DNA from: a virus
Virus record (IMG/VR): IMGVR_UViG_3300045974_000283
Location: 96,001-160,000 of that record
Reading direction: 5' to 3' (one strand)
DNA length: 64,000 nt
In this document: in pieces, positions 38,939 to 48,007 of the stretch
How positions within the stretch are numbered: position 1 is the stretch's first letter
Layout: each line of letters begins with the position of its first letter
Notes under the pieces: model-generated
What the model was told of the DNA's origin: nothing
Seen by the model: the letters and a program-made list of their open reading frames with translations, nothing else
Databases searched by the model: none
Program-made: the position numbers and the translations under genes

Positions 38939-39242
38939 TTCTATTCACGTCGAGCTGAATAACCCCGGCAAGGTGCAAGCACTGACCAACGATGTCATCG
39001 CGTTTGTCAACATCGTGGACCAGCAGACCGTCGGCAGCATCCCGGCCTACCAGACGAAGGGGTTCCGCTGCGCCGCCGCTCAGAAACATTTGGAAGCTGG
39101 CCTGCCGTTGTTCCTCTTGGCCTCCGGTTGGAACAACGTGTCCTCGCGTATGGAAATCGACGAGGAACAGACGGTGCTGATCCATCTGAAGAATCACTGC
39201 GATTTGCTCGCCAAGTCTGCCAGCGGCTACCTGAGCCATTGA
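38871..39242 (+). CDS. hypothetical protein
   Basis: Phage-like codon usage; start uncertain because it overlaps the previous gene by 68 bp. Confidence 0.6.
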   Translation: MPKNAVFDPDGVSRVNFNIKIDDSIHVELNNPGKVQALTNDVIAFVNIVDQQTVGSIPAYQTKGFRCAAAQKHLEAGLPLFLLASGWNNVSSRMEIDEEQTVLIHLKNHCDLLAKSASGYLSH

Positions 39243-39402
39243 GGCTAGAACCCGCGCCCCAAGCAAAGCCAAAACACCCCTCTTTTTCATAGGCTGGACG
39301 GTCTAAAACGAAGGGTTTTCCGCGTCTAGCAGGGTTTGCCCATACACCCGAAAATACCCTCGTTTTCCGGTGATTCCTCCTTCACCTCATAAGCGTCCCC
39401 AT

Positions 39403-40431
39403 ATGGCATTCCAACGTCACAGAGAAGTCCCGCATGTGGGAATTCTTCCCGGGTCTGCCTCGTCTATCGAACATGCTATCGACGCTGTCTACGGACATGT
39501 TCTTGACAACGGATACACTCATTCGCACACTGACCCCGAACGCACGAACCGCCTGAGGATATCCTCGTTCCCTTTCTGCGCTCGCGCTTGGTGGCTGAAT
39601 CAACCAAACTCCCGCAATCGCACCCGCCGCTCCACTGGCATCGGCCAGTATTTCACCTCCGTGGGGACCGCCGTTCACCACGTTATCCAATCGTGCGCCT
39701 CCACGCTCGCTGGACCCTGCCACTCGCCCGTCGAGGAGGATCACAAGGTACATCGGTTCCCCGGCGGAGCTCTGCTCATCCAGTCTTGGAAATGCAAGAA
39801 CTGCCGCGCCTCTGTCGAGTTCGGCCCTCGCCCCAAGACCTGCGCCTACTGCAAGGAAGACGTCTTCATAGGCGACGAGACCGAGGTTGAGTTCGGCAAG
39901 TTCACGCTCGGGCATATGGACGGCACTATCGCTTTCCCGCACGAGAAGGACGCCCCGTACTCGAAGAAGTGGTTTCACATTCCGATCGACTACAAGACGT
40001 CCTCGAAGGCTGTCCTTGAAGGTGGGAAGCTGCCCTACCCCACGAACGAGGACCAACTCCTTAGCTACGGATGCATCCTGCACCGAGACGGCTACAACGT
40101 GCCCGGCACCGTGCTCATCTACATCTGCCGCGACAACCCGAACAACCGAAAGGTCTGCTTCTCCAAGCTCGACGTCGCCAAGCAAGAGCAGAAGATGCTC
40201 GGCTACGAAGCCACCTACAAAGCGGCTCGCAAGGTGAAGACAATCGAGGAGTTCATGGAACTCGGCCAGCGTACGAAGGACGACTTCGAGCGCTCGTGCG
40301 ACTACTGCCAGTTCAAGCCCATGTGTATGAAAGAGACGCTAGGCAAGGGCGACGACGTCATCAAGGCGCAAGCTGCGAGCGTCGTCAAGTTCCTCAACGG
40401 CCGTCGTATGTGGGACTACCCGAAGTTCTAA
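39403..40431 (+). CDS. Cas4-like PD-(D/E)xK exonuclease with inserted zinc ribbon
   Basis: RISSFPFCARAWW (first Cys), GTAVH, GHMDG...IDYKTS, QLLSYG, C-terminal CDYCQFKPMC; insert CKNC...CAYC. Confidence 0.85.
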   Translation: MAFQRHREVPHVGILPGSASSIEHAIDAVYGHVLDNGYTHSHTDPERTNRLRISSFPFCARAWWLNQPNSRNRTRRSTGIGQYFTSVGTAVHHVIQSCASTLAGPCHSPVEEDHKVHRFPGGALLIQSWKCKNCRASVEFGPRPKTCAYCKEDVFIGDETEVEFGKFTLGHMDGTIAFPHEKDAPYSKKWFHIPIDYKTSSKAVLEGGKLPYPTNEDQLLSYGCILHRDGYNVPGTVLIYICRDNPNNRKVCFSKLDVAKQEQKMLGYEATYKAARKVKTIEEFMELGQRTKDDFERSCDYCQFKPMCMKETLGKGDDVIKAQAASVVKFLNGRRMWDYPKF

Positions 40432-40432
40432 C

Positions 40433-40621
40433 ATGAGCACGACACCCTTCACCCGCGTCTGTCGCTACTGCCGTCAGCCAATCCGCCGCGTCTACGGGCT
40501 CATATGGCACGATGGCTCTTCCACCAAGTTTCCGCAATACTGCCCGGTCTATGGTGGAGCGCTCTCCACCCTTCTGCACGAGCCTGCGCCTGTTAATGAT
40601 GGCACGAGCAAGGAGCAATGA
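40433..40621 (+). CDS. small Zn-ribbon-type hypothetical protein
   Basis: CRYC...WH...C; 62 aa. Confidence 0.55.
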   Translation: MSTTPFTRVCRYCRQPIRRVYGLIWHDGSSTKFPQYCPVYGGALSTLLHEPAPVNDGTSKEQ

Positions 40622-41019
40622 TGTCAGTCCGAAGAGCCAAGAAAACACCGCGAACTCGCTACGAATCCAAGGCGTATCGAGGCTATCTGAAAGCGGCTGC
40701 GTATCACTCGTCGACCAGCATGTTCTTCAACTTCATGTTAGACGTGATAAAAACGTCGGGCATAACCAGAAAGCTTCTAGGCCTCGCTGGCTATGATCCA
40801 TCAGTCTCTCCCCGAGAGAAGGATCCCGAACTTGAAAAGTACGACCGTCGTAAGCGCGTCTACGAGATACCGAGTCATTGGGCTACGGAACCCGTCCAGT
40901 TCTACTTCCCAGAGTACACCATCCCAATCAACCGATTCTTCGAACAGGAACCGCCGTGTCAGTCCCCGCCAAACCTCACGACCGATTCGTCCTGTGCCCC
41001 TTGTTCACCCCGCTTATGA
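40618..41019 (+). CDS. hypothetical protein
   Basis: RBS AAGGAG and GTTAAT upstream; codon usage more AT-rich than neighbours. Confidence 0.55.
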   Translation: MMSVRRAKKTPRTRYESKAYRGYLKAAAYHSSTSMFFNFMLDVIKTSGITRKLLGLAGYDPSVSPREKDPELEKYDRRKRVYEIPSHWATEPVQFYFPEYTIPINRFFEQEPPCQSPPNLTTDSSCAPCSPRL

Positions 41020-41188
41020 CGGGTCCTCAGCGCCGCGCCGTCTGGTCGCGATGGGCTCATGCTCGTGGAACCGACTGGAGTAGGTGACGATCGGGACGGC
41101 CGCACCTGAGACAGCTACAAGGCTGTCGTATCTCTCCAGGAGTTCCCGACAAGAAGCGGCACCACACCATAAACCCCAAGGAGTTCCT

Positions 41189-41599
41189 ATGTCCGACATC
41201 CAAAACACCCCTCCCGTCCAACACGCATCCACCCAGAACGCCGGATGGGCCTATCTGCTCATGAAGGTTCTTACCGAACTTCTCCCACCCACTATCGGGG
41301 CTAAAGGACCGCGCCGTCATGTCCTCTGCTTGACTGCACCGGAAGACCTTGAGAAAGGTCCGATGGAAGTTCTCATTGCCTGCGAGGAAAGGCCCGTTGC
41401 TATCACCCTTTCTGATGAAGACTTGGTGAAGAACCCTCAAGAGCTCGCCGTCGAAATCCGCGACCTCATCATGGGTCCGGCCGAGACGGCCGAGACGCCC
41501 AAGTCGCCAGAGGCCATCGTTTGGGAGCAGGGCTACAACGCTGCCTTCATGTACATGAACACCGACGCAACTGACATCCCTGCCAACCCTTACCTCTGA
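41189..41599 (+). CDS. hypothetical protein
   Basis: ATG 41189 with RBS AAGGAG. Confidence 0.75.
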   Translation: MSDIQNTPPVQHASTQNAGWAYLLMKVLTELLPPTIGAKGPRRHVLCLTAPEDLEKGPMEVLIACEERPVAITLSDEDLVKNPQELAVEIRDLIMGPAETAETPKSPEAIVWEQGYNAAFMYMNTDATDIPANPYL

Positions 41600-41604
41600 T
41601 CATC

Positions 41605-41958
41605 ATGGAAAAGATCCTTCCTCAAGAATCCATGCTCAGCGTGGTCCGCTTCGTTGGTGGCCTTCAGATCATCGGCGACGTTCGACGCCAGCTGAACGGC
41701 CTCTACATCGACAGGGCCCTGGAGATCATGGTCGCTCAGGTGCCCATGAATGGGCCGCAAGGCATCGCCGTGCAGAACATCGTTCAGTTGGTCCCGATCA
41801 GTGCGGCTGCCTCAGGCAAGGGAGAGAACATCGGTCCGTTCAAGGACGACGTCATCCTGCTCTGTAAGCCGATGCCCCGCGAAGCGCAACTCGCGCAGCA
41901 ATACATGAACGCCACCACGGGACTCATCTTCGCACCGGGAATGATGCCACCACGCTGA
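41605..41958 (+). CDS. hypothetical protein (small beta-barrel, Sm-like pattern)
   Basis: 117 aa, ending QYMNATTGLIFAP. Confidence 0.75.
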   Translation: MEKILPQESMLSVVRFVGGLQIIGDVRRQLNGLYIDRALEIMVAQVPMNGPQGIAVQNIVQLVPISAAASGKGENIGPFKDDVILLCKPMPREAQLAQQYMNATTGLIFAPGMMPPR

Positions 41959-41981
41959 CCATCGCCATCACGGAGTCCCTC

Positions 41982-42959
41982 ATGGACAAAGTCCTCATCG
42001 CCATCGACGGCAACTGGCTCGTCCACCGCTCCCTGAGCATGTGCGCCAAGGTGCCGGAGGAAGCCCGCCCTCGCGTCGTGGCTCGTCAGCTCGTGTCGTG
42101 GGCTTACAACTACGCCGCGAAGGTTCGAGCCACGCACGGCTTCGTCGCCTTCGACGGTGGTGACATCTTCCGCCGCAAGATCTGGCCTCTGTACAAGGCC
42201 AACCGCAAGACGCTCCTCGTCAACGGCCAACCCGTATCCGACGAGGAGCGCGACCGCCTGATCAGCTCAGGTGCCCCAATCGAAATCCAAGACCGCCCGG
42301 ATCTCTACGCCTCCATGACACTGGCGCGTGAGACCCTGCGGTCTTTTGATTTTCCTGTCCTACATCCAACACGCCTTGAGGCCGACGACGCTCTTGCCTC
42401 GGCCGCTGCACTGGCTGAGCGAACGGGTGACCTACGCCACGCCTACCTCTGCACCCGCGACAAGGACATTGTTGGCTCGATAAACGAGAAGGCTTCGCAG
42501 TGGATGCCCGGCAAAGCCGACGAAGCACCGGAGGTCGTCTCCTTGGCAAACGTAGGCGACCGTCTCGCCAGGATCGTGGGGATACGGGCCGCCAAGTGGA
42601 CGCCTCGCAAGTTCCGCGAGTATCAGGTTCTGGTCGGTGACCCCACTGACTACATCCCTGAGATCATCTCGCCGGGTCAAGCGGTCAGTCTGCTGAATCG
42701 GATCAACAGTCTTGGTGATTGGCTCTACTCCGCGTCGGACGGCATCCAGTTCTGCAAGAAGCATAGCGCTGCCATCATTCGGAACCGTGAGCTTGTCATC
42801 ATGGACAACACTCTCATCCCGGACTTGGCACCGCTGCGCATACCCAAGCCCCGCACTGATGTCGAGCGCCTTCACGCCCCGGCTGCTCTGGCGGCGATGC
42901 ACGACTATCACAAGCTCATGGCTATCAACCCCAATCGTTCGCTCTTTGGAAAGAGGTAG
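41982..42959 (+). CDS. 5'-3' exonuclease / flap endonuclease (Pol I N-terminal / T4 RNase H family)
   Basis: IDGNWLVHR, AFDGG..FRRKIWPLYKANR, EADD, TRDKD, LVGDPTDYIP. Confidence 0.92.
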   Translation: MDKVLIAIDGNWLVHRSLSMCAKVPEEARPRVVARQLVSWAYNYAAKVRATHGFVAFDGGDIFRRKIWPLYKANRKTLLVNGQPVSDEERDRLISSGAPIEIQDRPDLYASMTLARETLRSFDFPVLHPTRLEADDALASAAALAERTGDLRHAYLCTRDKDIVGSINEKASQWMPGKADEAPEVVSLANVGDRLARIVGIRAAKWTPRKFREYQVLVGDPTDYIPEIISPGQAVSLLNRINSLGDWLYSASDGIQFCKKHSAAIIRNRELVIMDNTLIPDLAPLRIPKPRTDVERLHAPAALAAMHDYHKLMAINPNRSLFGKR

Positions 42960-43014
42960 ACCATGCGCGACCGCACCTTCGCTGACTTTGTTCTTTTCAC
43001 CGGAATCACTCAAC

Positions 43015-43929
43015 ATGACCAAGAACGCACTGAAGACCGTCGCTCAGCCGATCCCCTTCCCGCCCCACATGGAACAAGCGGCCTTCTGGATTCGGGAGCG
43101 GGAGAGCATCCGCCAGAAGAAGGACTCCGGCCTGCCGCCTCCGTGGACTCAAGATCCAATGATGGCGGGGACGAGATGGTGCAACGTGAGGCGGATGGAC
43201 GATAAGGTCAGCAAGTGGCTTCTCGATCACTTCTACGTCAAGAACCTTCCGCCAGCTCAGATGGCCGTCGGCGCGGCACTGGCTCGCCTCATCAATCGTC
43301 CTGAGACACTCATCCGCATGTGTCCCTCAGGTTATCAAGGCTTCGACAACGCCCGGTTCCGCAAGGTGCTCCGAGCCATGAAGGCTGCGAAGGAGCAGAT
43401 CTTCACCGGCGTCTACATCATCAACGGTGCGCAAGCCAACGGCCGCGACAAGTGGGAGCTCGTGCTCGACAACCTCGACGGGATGCGCCGCGCTCTCAAA
43501 GACAAGGACCTCGATCTGTCGTCCATGTCCGCAGTCCACACAAAGCTGATGGAGACCAAGGGTCTGGGCTCTTTCTTGGCAGGTCAAGTCGTTGCTGACC
43601 TGCGACACGTTCTGCCTCAAGGTCAATGGCTCGACCGCAACACTTGGGCTCCCGTCGGTCCCGGTTCCACGAAGGGCCTCAACTACGTGTTCAACACACC
43701 CGGTGAGCGCACGACGCAAGCTCGCTTCAACGAGCTTCTCCCGATCTATGTCAAGGCGGTTAATAAGATGCCCGGCATCGCTGCCATCGCCCGCGAACGG
43801 AAGCTCGAAGCGCATGACTACCAAAATACGCTATGTGAAATTTCCAAGTGGGCGCGCCTGCGTGAAGGCGGACGTTCGAAGAACAAGTATCAAGCGAAGC
43901 CGCCCGGTGAACAGCTGACCCTTCTGTGA
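43015..43929 (+). CDS. aGPT-Pplase / 5hmdU-DNA hypermodification family enzyme (HhH glycosylase-like fold)
   Basis: FWIRERESIRQKKDSGLPPPWTQDP..RWCNVRRMDDKVSKW; GLGSFLAGQVVADL; GPGSTKGL; YQNTLCEISKW. Confidence 0.85.
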   Translation: MTKNALKTVAQPIPFPPHMEQAAFWIRERESIRQKKDSGLPPPWTQDPMMAGTRWCNVRRMDDKVSKWLLDHFYVKNLPPAQMAVGAALARLINRPETLIRMCPSGYQGFDNARFRKVLRAMKAAKEQIFTGVYIINGAQANGRDKWELVLDNLDGMRRALKDKDLDLSSMSAVHTKLMETKGLGSFLAGQVVADLRHVLPQGQWLDRNTWAPVGPGSTKGLNYVFNTPGERTTQARFNELLPIYVKAVNKMPGIAAIARERKLEAHDYQNTLCEISKWARLREGGRSKNKYQAKPPGEQLTLL

Positions 43930-43935
43930 GGCATC

Positions 43936-44787
43936 ATGAGTGAACTAGCCATCTACATCCCGAGTCGGAGCCGCTTCGAGAAGTCCCTTACCTTGAAATA
44001 CTTGACTCCGAACTGGGACAAGGGACCGATCTATCTCGTGGTGCCCGCTGAGCAGCGCAAGGACTATCGGTTTCTCGCCAAACAATACGGCGTGACCATC
44101 CTGCCGTGCTCGGAGTCTGGCATCGCCTTGACGCGTCTGTTCTGCGGTGAACACGCCACGGACAAGTTCATCATGTTCGATGACGACCTCCGCTTCTCCT
44201 ACCGACCCAAGCGGAACAAGGAGACGGGCATCGACCAGACGGGCAAGAACGCTCAAGGACTAAGGCTTTACAAGGCCGAAGGCAGCCAGATCACGCGAAT
44301 GCTGACCATCGCTGAGACGCTGCTCGACAGATACGCTCACATCGGGGTCTCGCCTCGCGCGGGCAACCAATCGATGCCTCTGCCGATACGCGAGTGCGCT
44401 CGCCCGCTACGCGTCCTTGGCTACCGCAAGCGAGAGTTCCTCTCATGTGAACACGGCCGCGTCGCGATCATGGAAGATTTTGATGTCACACTTCAGTTGT
44501 TGACGCGTGGCTACAAGAACGCCTTGATCACGACGCATGTGAACGATCAGCTCGCGACGAACACGGAAGGAGGCTGCTCCGATTATCGCACCGAGAAACT
44601 TCACAACACGAATGTCAAGAAGATGCACTCCCTGTGGGGAGTGCCGATCACCAAGATCGTCGAGAAGAAGAACGTCAGTGCAGCGGCCTTGGCAGCGGGT
44701 CTCGCCGCCCGCAAAGAGCTGAACATCCAATGGATCAAAGCCTGGAAATCCTCCGGCAAAGACCTCAAACCCAGACTATCACGGTGA
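43936..44787 (+). CDS. GT-A glycosyltransferase, TET/JBP-associated (TAGT/GREB1-like) type
   Basis: IYIPSRSR, GIALTR, FIMFDDDL (DxD), MEDFDVTLQLLTRGY, GGCS..RT. Confidence 0.85.
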   Translation: MSELAIYIPSRSRFEKSLTLKYLTPNWDKGPIYLVVPAEQRKDYRFLAKQYGVTILPCSESGIALTRLFCGEHATDKFIMFDDDLRFSYRPKRNKETGIDQTGKNAQGLRLYKAEGSQITRMLTIAETLLDRYAHIGVSPRAGNQSMPLPIRECARPLRVLGYRKREFLSCEHGRVAIMEDFDVTLQLLTRGYKNALITTHVNDQLATNTEGGCSDYRTEKLHNTNVKKMHSLWGVPITKIVEKKNVSAAALAAGLAARKELNIQWIKAWKSSGKDLKPRLSR

Positions 44788-44790
44788 CCC

Positions 44791-45777
44791 ATGGACATCT
44801 ATCCTGTTGACCCTCCTTTCAGCCTTCAAGTCGAGCCCACTGAGGGCTGCTCGTTGGCTTGCTCATTCTGCGGCATCGCTTCTATCCGCGACAATGGAGC
44901 CAACGCCAACGAGGGCGTCCACGGCAAGAACTCCGCTCCCTACAAGCACATGGAGCGGGCCACCCTGATCCGACTGATGAAAGAAGTGAAGCGGCTCAAG
45001 TGGAATCCCCGCATCGAGTTCGCGATGCACGGTGAGCCTTCGATGCACCCTGACCTTCCTGGACTGGTCTCGGCGACCCGGAAGATTCTCGGCAATTCAG
45101 CTCACATCATGATCACCAGCAATGGCTCAGGTCTGACCACGCCTGAGAAGATCAACGCGTTGATAGCGGCTGGCCCGAACACGCTGGCGCTGGACGACTA
45201 CAAGCACGCCAAGTTCATGCCGAAGATCAAGGAGTTCGTGCGGACTCTTGGTCACACTGTGTTCGACTATCCGGCTGACAAGGAAGGCAACCCGCACCAT
45301 CGCAACAAGGGCAGTCGCATCGTCCTGATCAACGACATCAGTGAGAACACCGACGGCAACCATCAACTGACGAACCAAGGCGGAAGCTCGTTCGATGCTT
45401 TGACCGAGCCGCTCGTGCGTCGCTGCGCCAAGCCGTTCCGCGAGCTGTCTGTGCGCTGGGACGGCAATGTCGCCATCTGCTGTGACGATTGGGTCGGAGC
45501 CTACAAGATCGGCAACACGAACGAGCTGCCGCTCGACGAAATCTGGCTGCACCCGCGTTTCGAGGCGGCTCGCCGTCGCCTGTACGCCAAGGACCGCGAC
45601 TTCGGCCCGTGCAAGGGCTGCAACGTGAAGACCATGCGCGACGGCCTGCTCCCCGACAAGATGGGGAAGGGCGAGATGAAGGGCGTCTCTCCGGCCAGCG
45701 AGGCGCACCTGCGAGCGGCTCTGCGCGGTCGCATCTTCTCGATCAAGGAAGTCAAGGAAGTCAAGAGCGTCGCATGA
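44791..45777 (+). CDS. radical SAM enzyme with SPASM/twitch domain
   Basis: EPTEGCSLACSFC (CxxxCxxC), FAMHGEP, TSNG; C-terminal CAKPF...DGNVAICCDDW...IGN...IW...PCKGC. Confidence 0.92.
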   Translation: MDIYPVDPPFSLQVEPTEGCSLACSFCGIASIRDNGANANEGVHGKNSAPYKHMERATLIRLMKEVKRLKWNPRIEFAMHGEPSMHPDLPGLVSATRKILGNSAHIMITSNGSGLTTPEKINALIAAGPNTLALDDYKHAKFMPKIKEFVRTLGHTVFDYPADKEGNPHHRNKGSRIVLINDISENTDGNHQLTNQGGSSFDALTEPLVRRCAKPFRELSVRWDGNVAICCDDWVGAYKIGNTNELPLDEIWLHPRFEAARRRLYAKDRDFGPCKGCNVKTMRDGLLPDKMGKGEMKGVSPASEAHLRAALRGRIFSIKEVKEVKSVA

Positions 45778-46994
45778 AAACAGTCCTCGTCCTCGACCTG
45801 CTCTACTACGATGTTCATCCGACCGTCCACAAGAACGGTGTCACGCCCACCGCTCTTGAGGAGGCCTCCGTTCTGGCAGCGCACGGGTATCGGGTGATCT
45901 TCGGGTGCGCTGGCTCCAACTTGAACCGGCTGAAGAAAGCGTATCCTGAGGTCGAGTTCGTCAACCTGTTCCCGCAGACCTATGCCAGCATGCTCGATGA
46001 CGACAAGCACACGGTTGAGAGTTCTGGCTTCTCTCCGACGGTGGCAGCTAAGATCAAAGAGATCGTCATCAACGAGAAGATCTGGGTCATCTCGTGCTCG
46101 TCGATGCGTCAGCTGCTCAAGCATCTGGAGAAAGTAGACCTACCGTGCCCTGTCGTGTACACGATGCACTTCTGGCCTCAGCCAAATCTGATGTTCCACG
46201 CGAGCACGGTCGGTGGTCTGCTGGCGATCCGTGAGAACCCCAAGTTCTACATCTGTGCCAACACCGAGTTCACGATGGAGCAGCACCTTGAGCAGTCGCG
46301 GCTTGCTCACGCGAAGGGCTTGATTCGTGGTTCCGCTCTCGCGGCCTACGATCGCTTTGAGGGCAACTACTCGGACAGCTTCTGGAGACGCATGACCTGT
46401 AGCGACTCGGTGCCGGACATCCCAGTCTGCAACGTACCCTCCGGTCGCCTCATAGTTGCCAGTCGCACCCACAAGGCCAAGAACCCTGTCTTCTGCTCGG
46501 CAAGTCCCCTGATCGACTTCCACCTTCTGGTCTATGAGAACCCAGACAAGGACGCTCAAGCCATCCTGGACAAGATGGCGTCGGTGGGTGCCAGCGTGCA
46601 ACGCAACACCCCTCAGGTCAAGCTCTACAAGCTGATGGCGCGCAGCTCAGGGGTCGTGGTCTCATGCACGTTCGAGACCTTCGCTCGTACATCTTTCGAA
46701 GCGGCCTGCTCGGGCGTCCCTAGTCTGGTGTTCGTGGACAAGACAGGCAAACACGCCGTCCATTCCTGGAGCCAGCAAGCGGGCGTTCAGTTCGACTCGT
46801 TCCGTTTCGCCGACCTGAAAGACCGCAAGAACCGATTCAAGGCAGCGGTCGAGCATGTCGCCACAGGCTGGTCGTATGAGGAACGGCTGGAGCTCAAGCG
46901 GAGAGTTCGCAGCTACTTCAGCGCCAAGAACTTCGTGGCCGAGCGTACCTCTGCGTTCAAGGCGGCATGGTCCAAAATGAAAGCGTCCTCATGA
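45774..46994 (+). CDS. GT-B glycosyltransferase (GT4-like)
   Basis: N-terminal G-V...LAAHGYRVIF; C-terminal ETFARTSFEAACSGVP (ExF/GxxxxEA signature); ATGA-coupled. Confidence 0.8.
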   Translation: MKTVLVLDLLYYDVHPTVHKNGVTPTALEEASVLAAHGYRVIFGCAGSNLNRLKKAYPEVEFVNLFPQTYASMLDDDKHTVESSGFSPTVAAKIKEIVINEKIWVISCSSMRQLLKHLEKVDLPCPVVYTMHFWPQPNLMFHASTVGGLLAIRENPKFYICANTEFTMEQHLEQSRLAHAKGLIRGSALAAYDRFEGNYSDSFWRRMTCSDSVPDIPVCNVPSGRLIVASRTHKAKNPVFCSASPLIDFHLLVYENPDKDAQAILDKMASVGASVQRNTPQVKLYKLMARSSGVVVSCTFETFARTSFEAACSGVPSLVFVDKTGKHAVHSWSQQAGVQFDSFRFADLKDRKNRFKAAVEHVATGWSYEERLELKRRVRSYFSAKNFVAERTSAFKAAWSKMKASS

Positions 46995-48007
46995 TCAACA
47001 TCCTTCACTGTTCGCCGTGGCCCATAGGCGGCGCAACGTCGTACACAGTTCACCTCGCATCTGTCTTCGAGAAGACAGGTGTCCCTCACCGGATCATCCG
47101 CTTGGCAAAGAAGACTGAGCGCAAGTCCCGTGAGATGGGTTCCTACGGGGTTTCTTATGTCAACACCTCCGTCGAGGACGCGGCCAAGCTGGACGGCAAG
47201 TTCCTGCTCGCATCAGCGCCAACGGATGAAGACATGGGGCTGGCCTGCGCCAAGCTAGTCGAGCGTTCCCGTGGTGCCTACGTCTTCCACGATCCCAACG
47301 AGTTCGGCATGTACCCTCATTGGGACGCCAGAAAGCGATGGGGCTCTCGGTGCCGGGCAAGCGTCATCTGCATCCGCGAGCAGGGTCGTGTTCATATCCC
47401 CGAGGGCGTGTTCATTCCCCACCCATACGTCCGCACCTTCTCCAAGAAGACTCACAACGATGCCAAGACCAAGACGGCTGTCAGCGTCGCGCGGGTGAGC
47501 GGTGTCAAGAAAGCCCACTGGATCATCGAAGCGAACCAGACCCTACACGAAGCCGCCCGCGTTGACCTACGCGGAGAGGTCAATCGCATGTGGTGGAAGT
47601 TCACCATCGAGAAGAAGTTCCCCGGCATCCAACTGCCTGAGAACGCTGGCTTTCCCCGCATCATGGGTGCCGCTGCTGAGATCTGCAAACCCTATCAGCT
47701 GATGGTCGATCTGACCATCTTCAAAGAGGACGGCGGCGGAACTCAGTACGCGATGCTCGAAGCCATCGACGCGGGCGCTGTTCCCGTGATGACCAAGGAA
47801 TGGTGCTCGTATCCGGGCAAGGCCAGTGACCTCGTGATCCAGATCACCGACACGGATGGCCTGAAACGCCTCTTGAAGTCCTCACGGAAAGGCGTGCTCA
47901 TGAGCGACATCGACGGCCTTCGCCAGTCGAACTACGAGTATCTCGATTCCGTCCACTCACCCAAAGCGGTCAGCCGCGCCTACGTCTCAGCCCTGGAGTC
48001 TGCATGA
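46991..48007 (+). CDS. second GT-B glycosyltransferase
   Basis: HCSPWPIGGATSY loop; ARVSGVKK; DGGGTQYAMLEAIDAGAVPV. Confidence 0.8.
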   Translation: MINILHCSPWPIGGATSYTVHLASVFEKTGVPHRIIRLAKKTERKSREMGSYGVSYVNTSVEDAAKLDGKFLLASAPTDEDMGLACAKLVERSRGAYVFHDPNEFGMYPHWDARKRWGSRCRASVICIREQGRVHIPEGVFIPHPYVRTFSKKTHNDAKTKTAVSVARVSGVKKAHWIIEANQTLHEAARVDLRGEVNRMWWKFTIEKKFPGIQLPENAGFPRIMGAAAEICKPYQLMVDLTIFKEDGGGTQYAMLEAIDAGAVPVMTKEWCSYPGKASDLVIQITDTDGLKRLLKSSRKGVLMSDIDGLRQSNYEYLDSVHSPKAVSRAYVSALESA

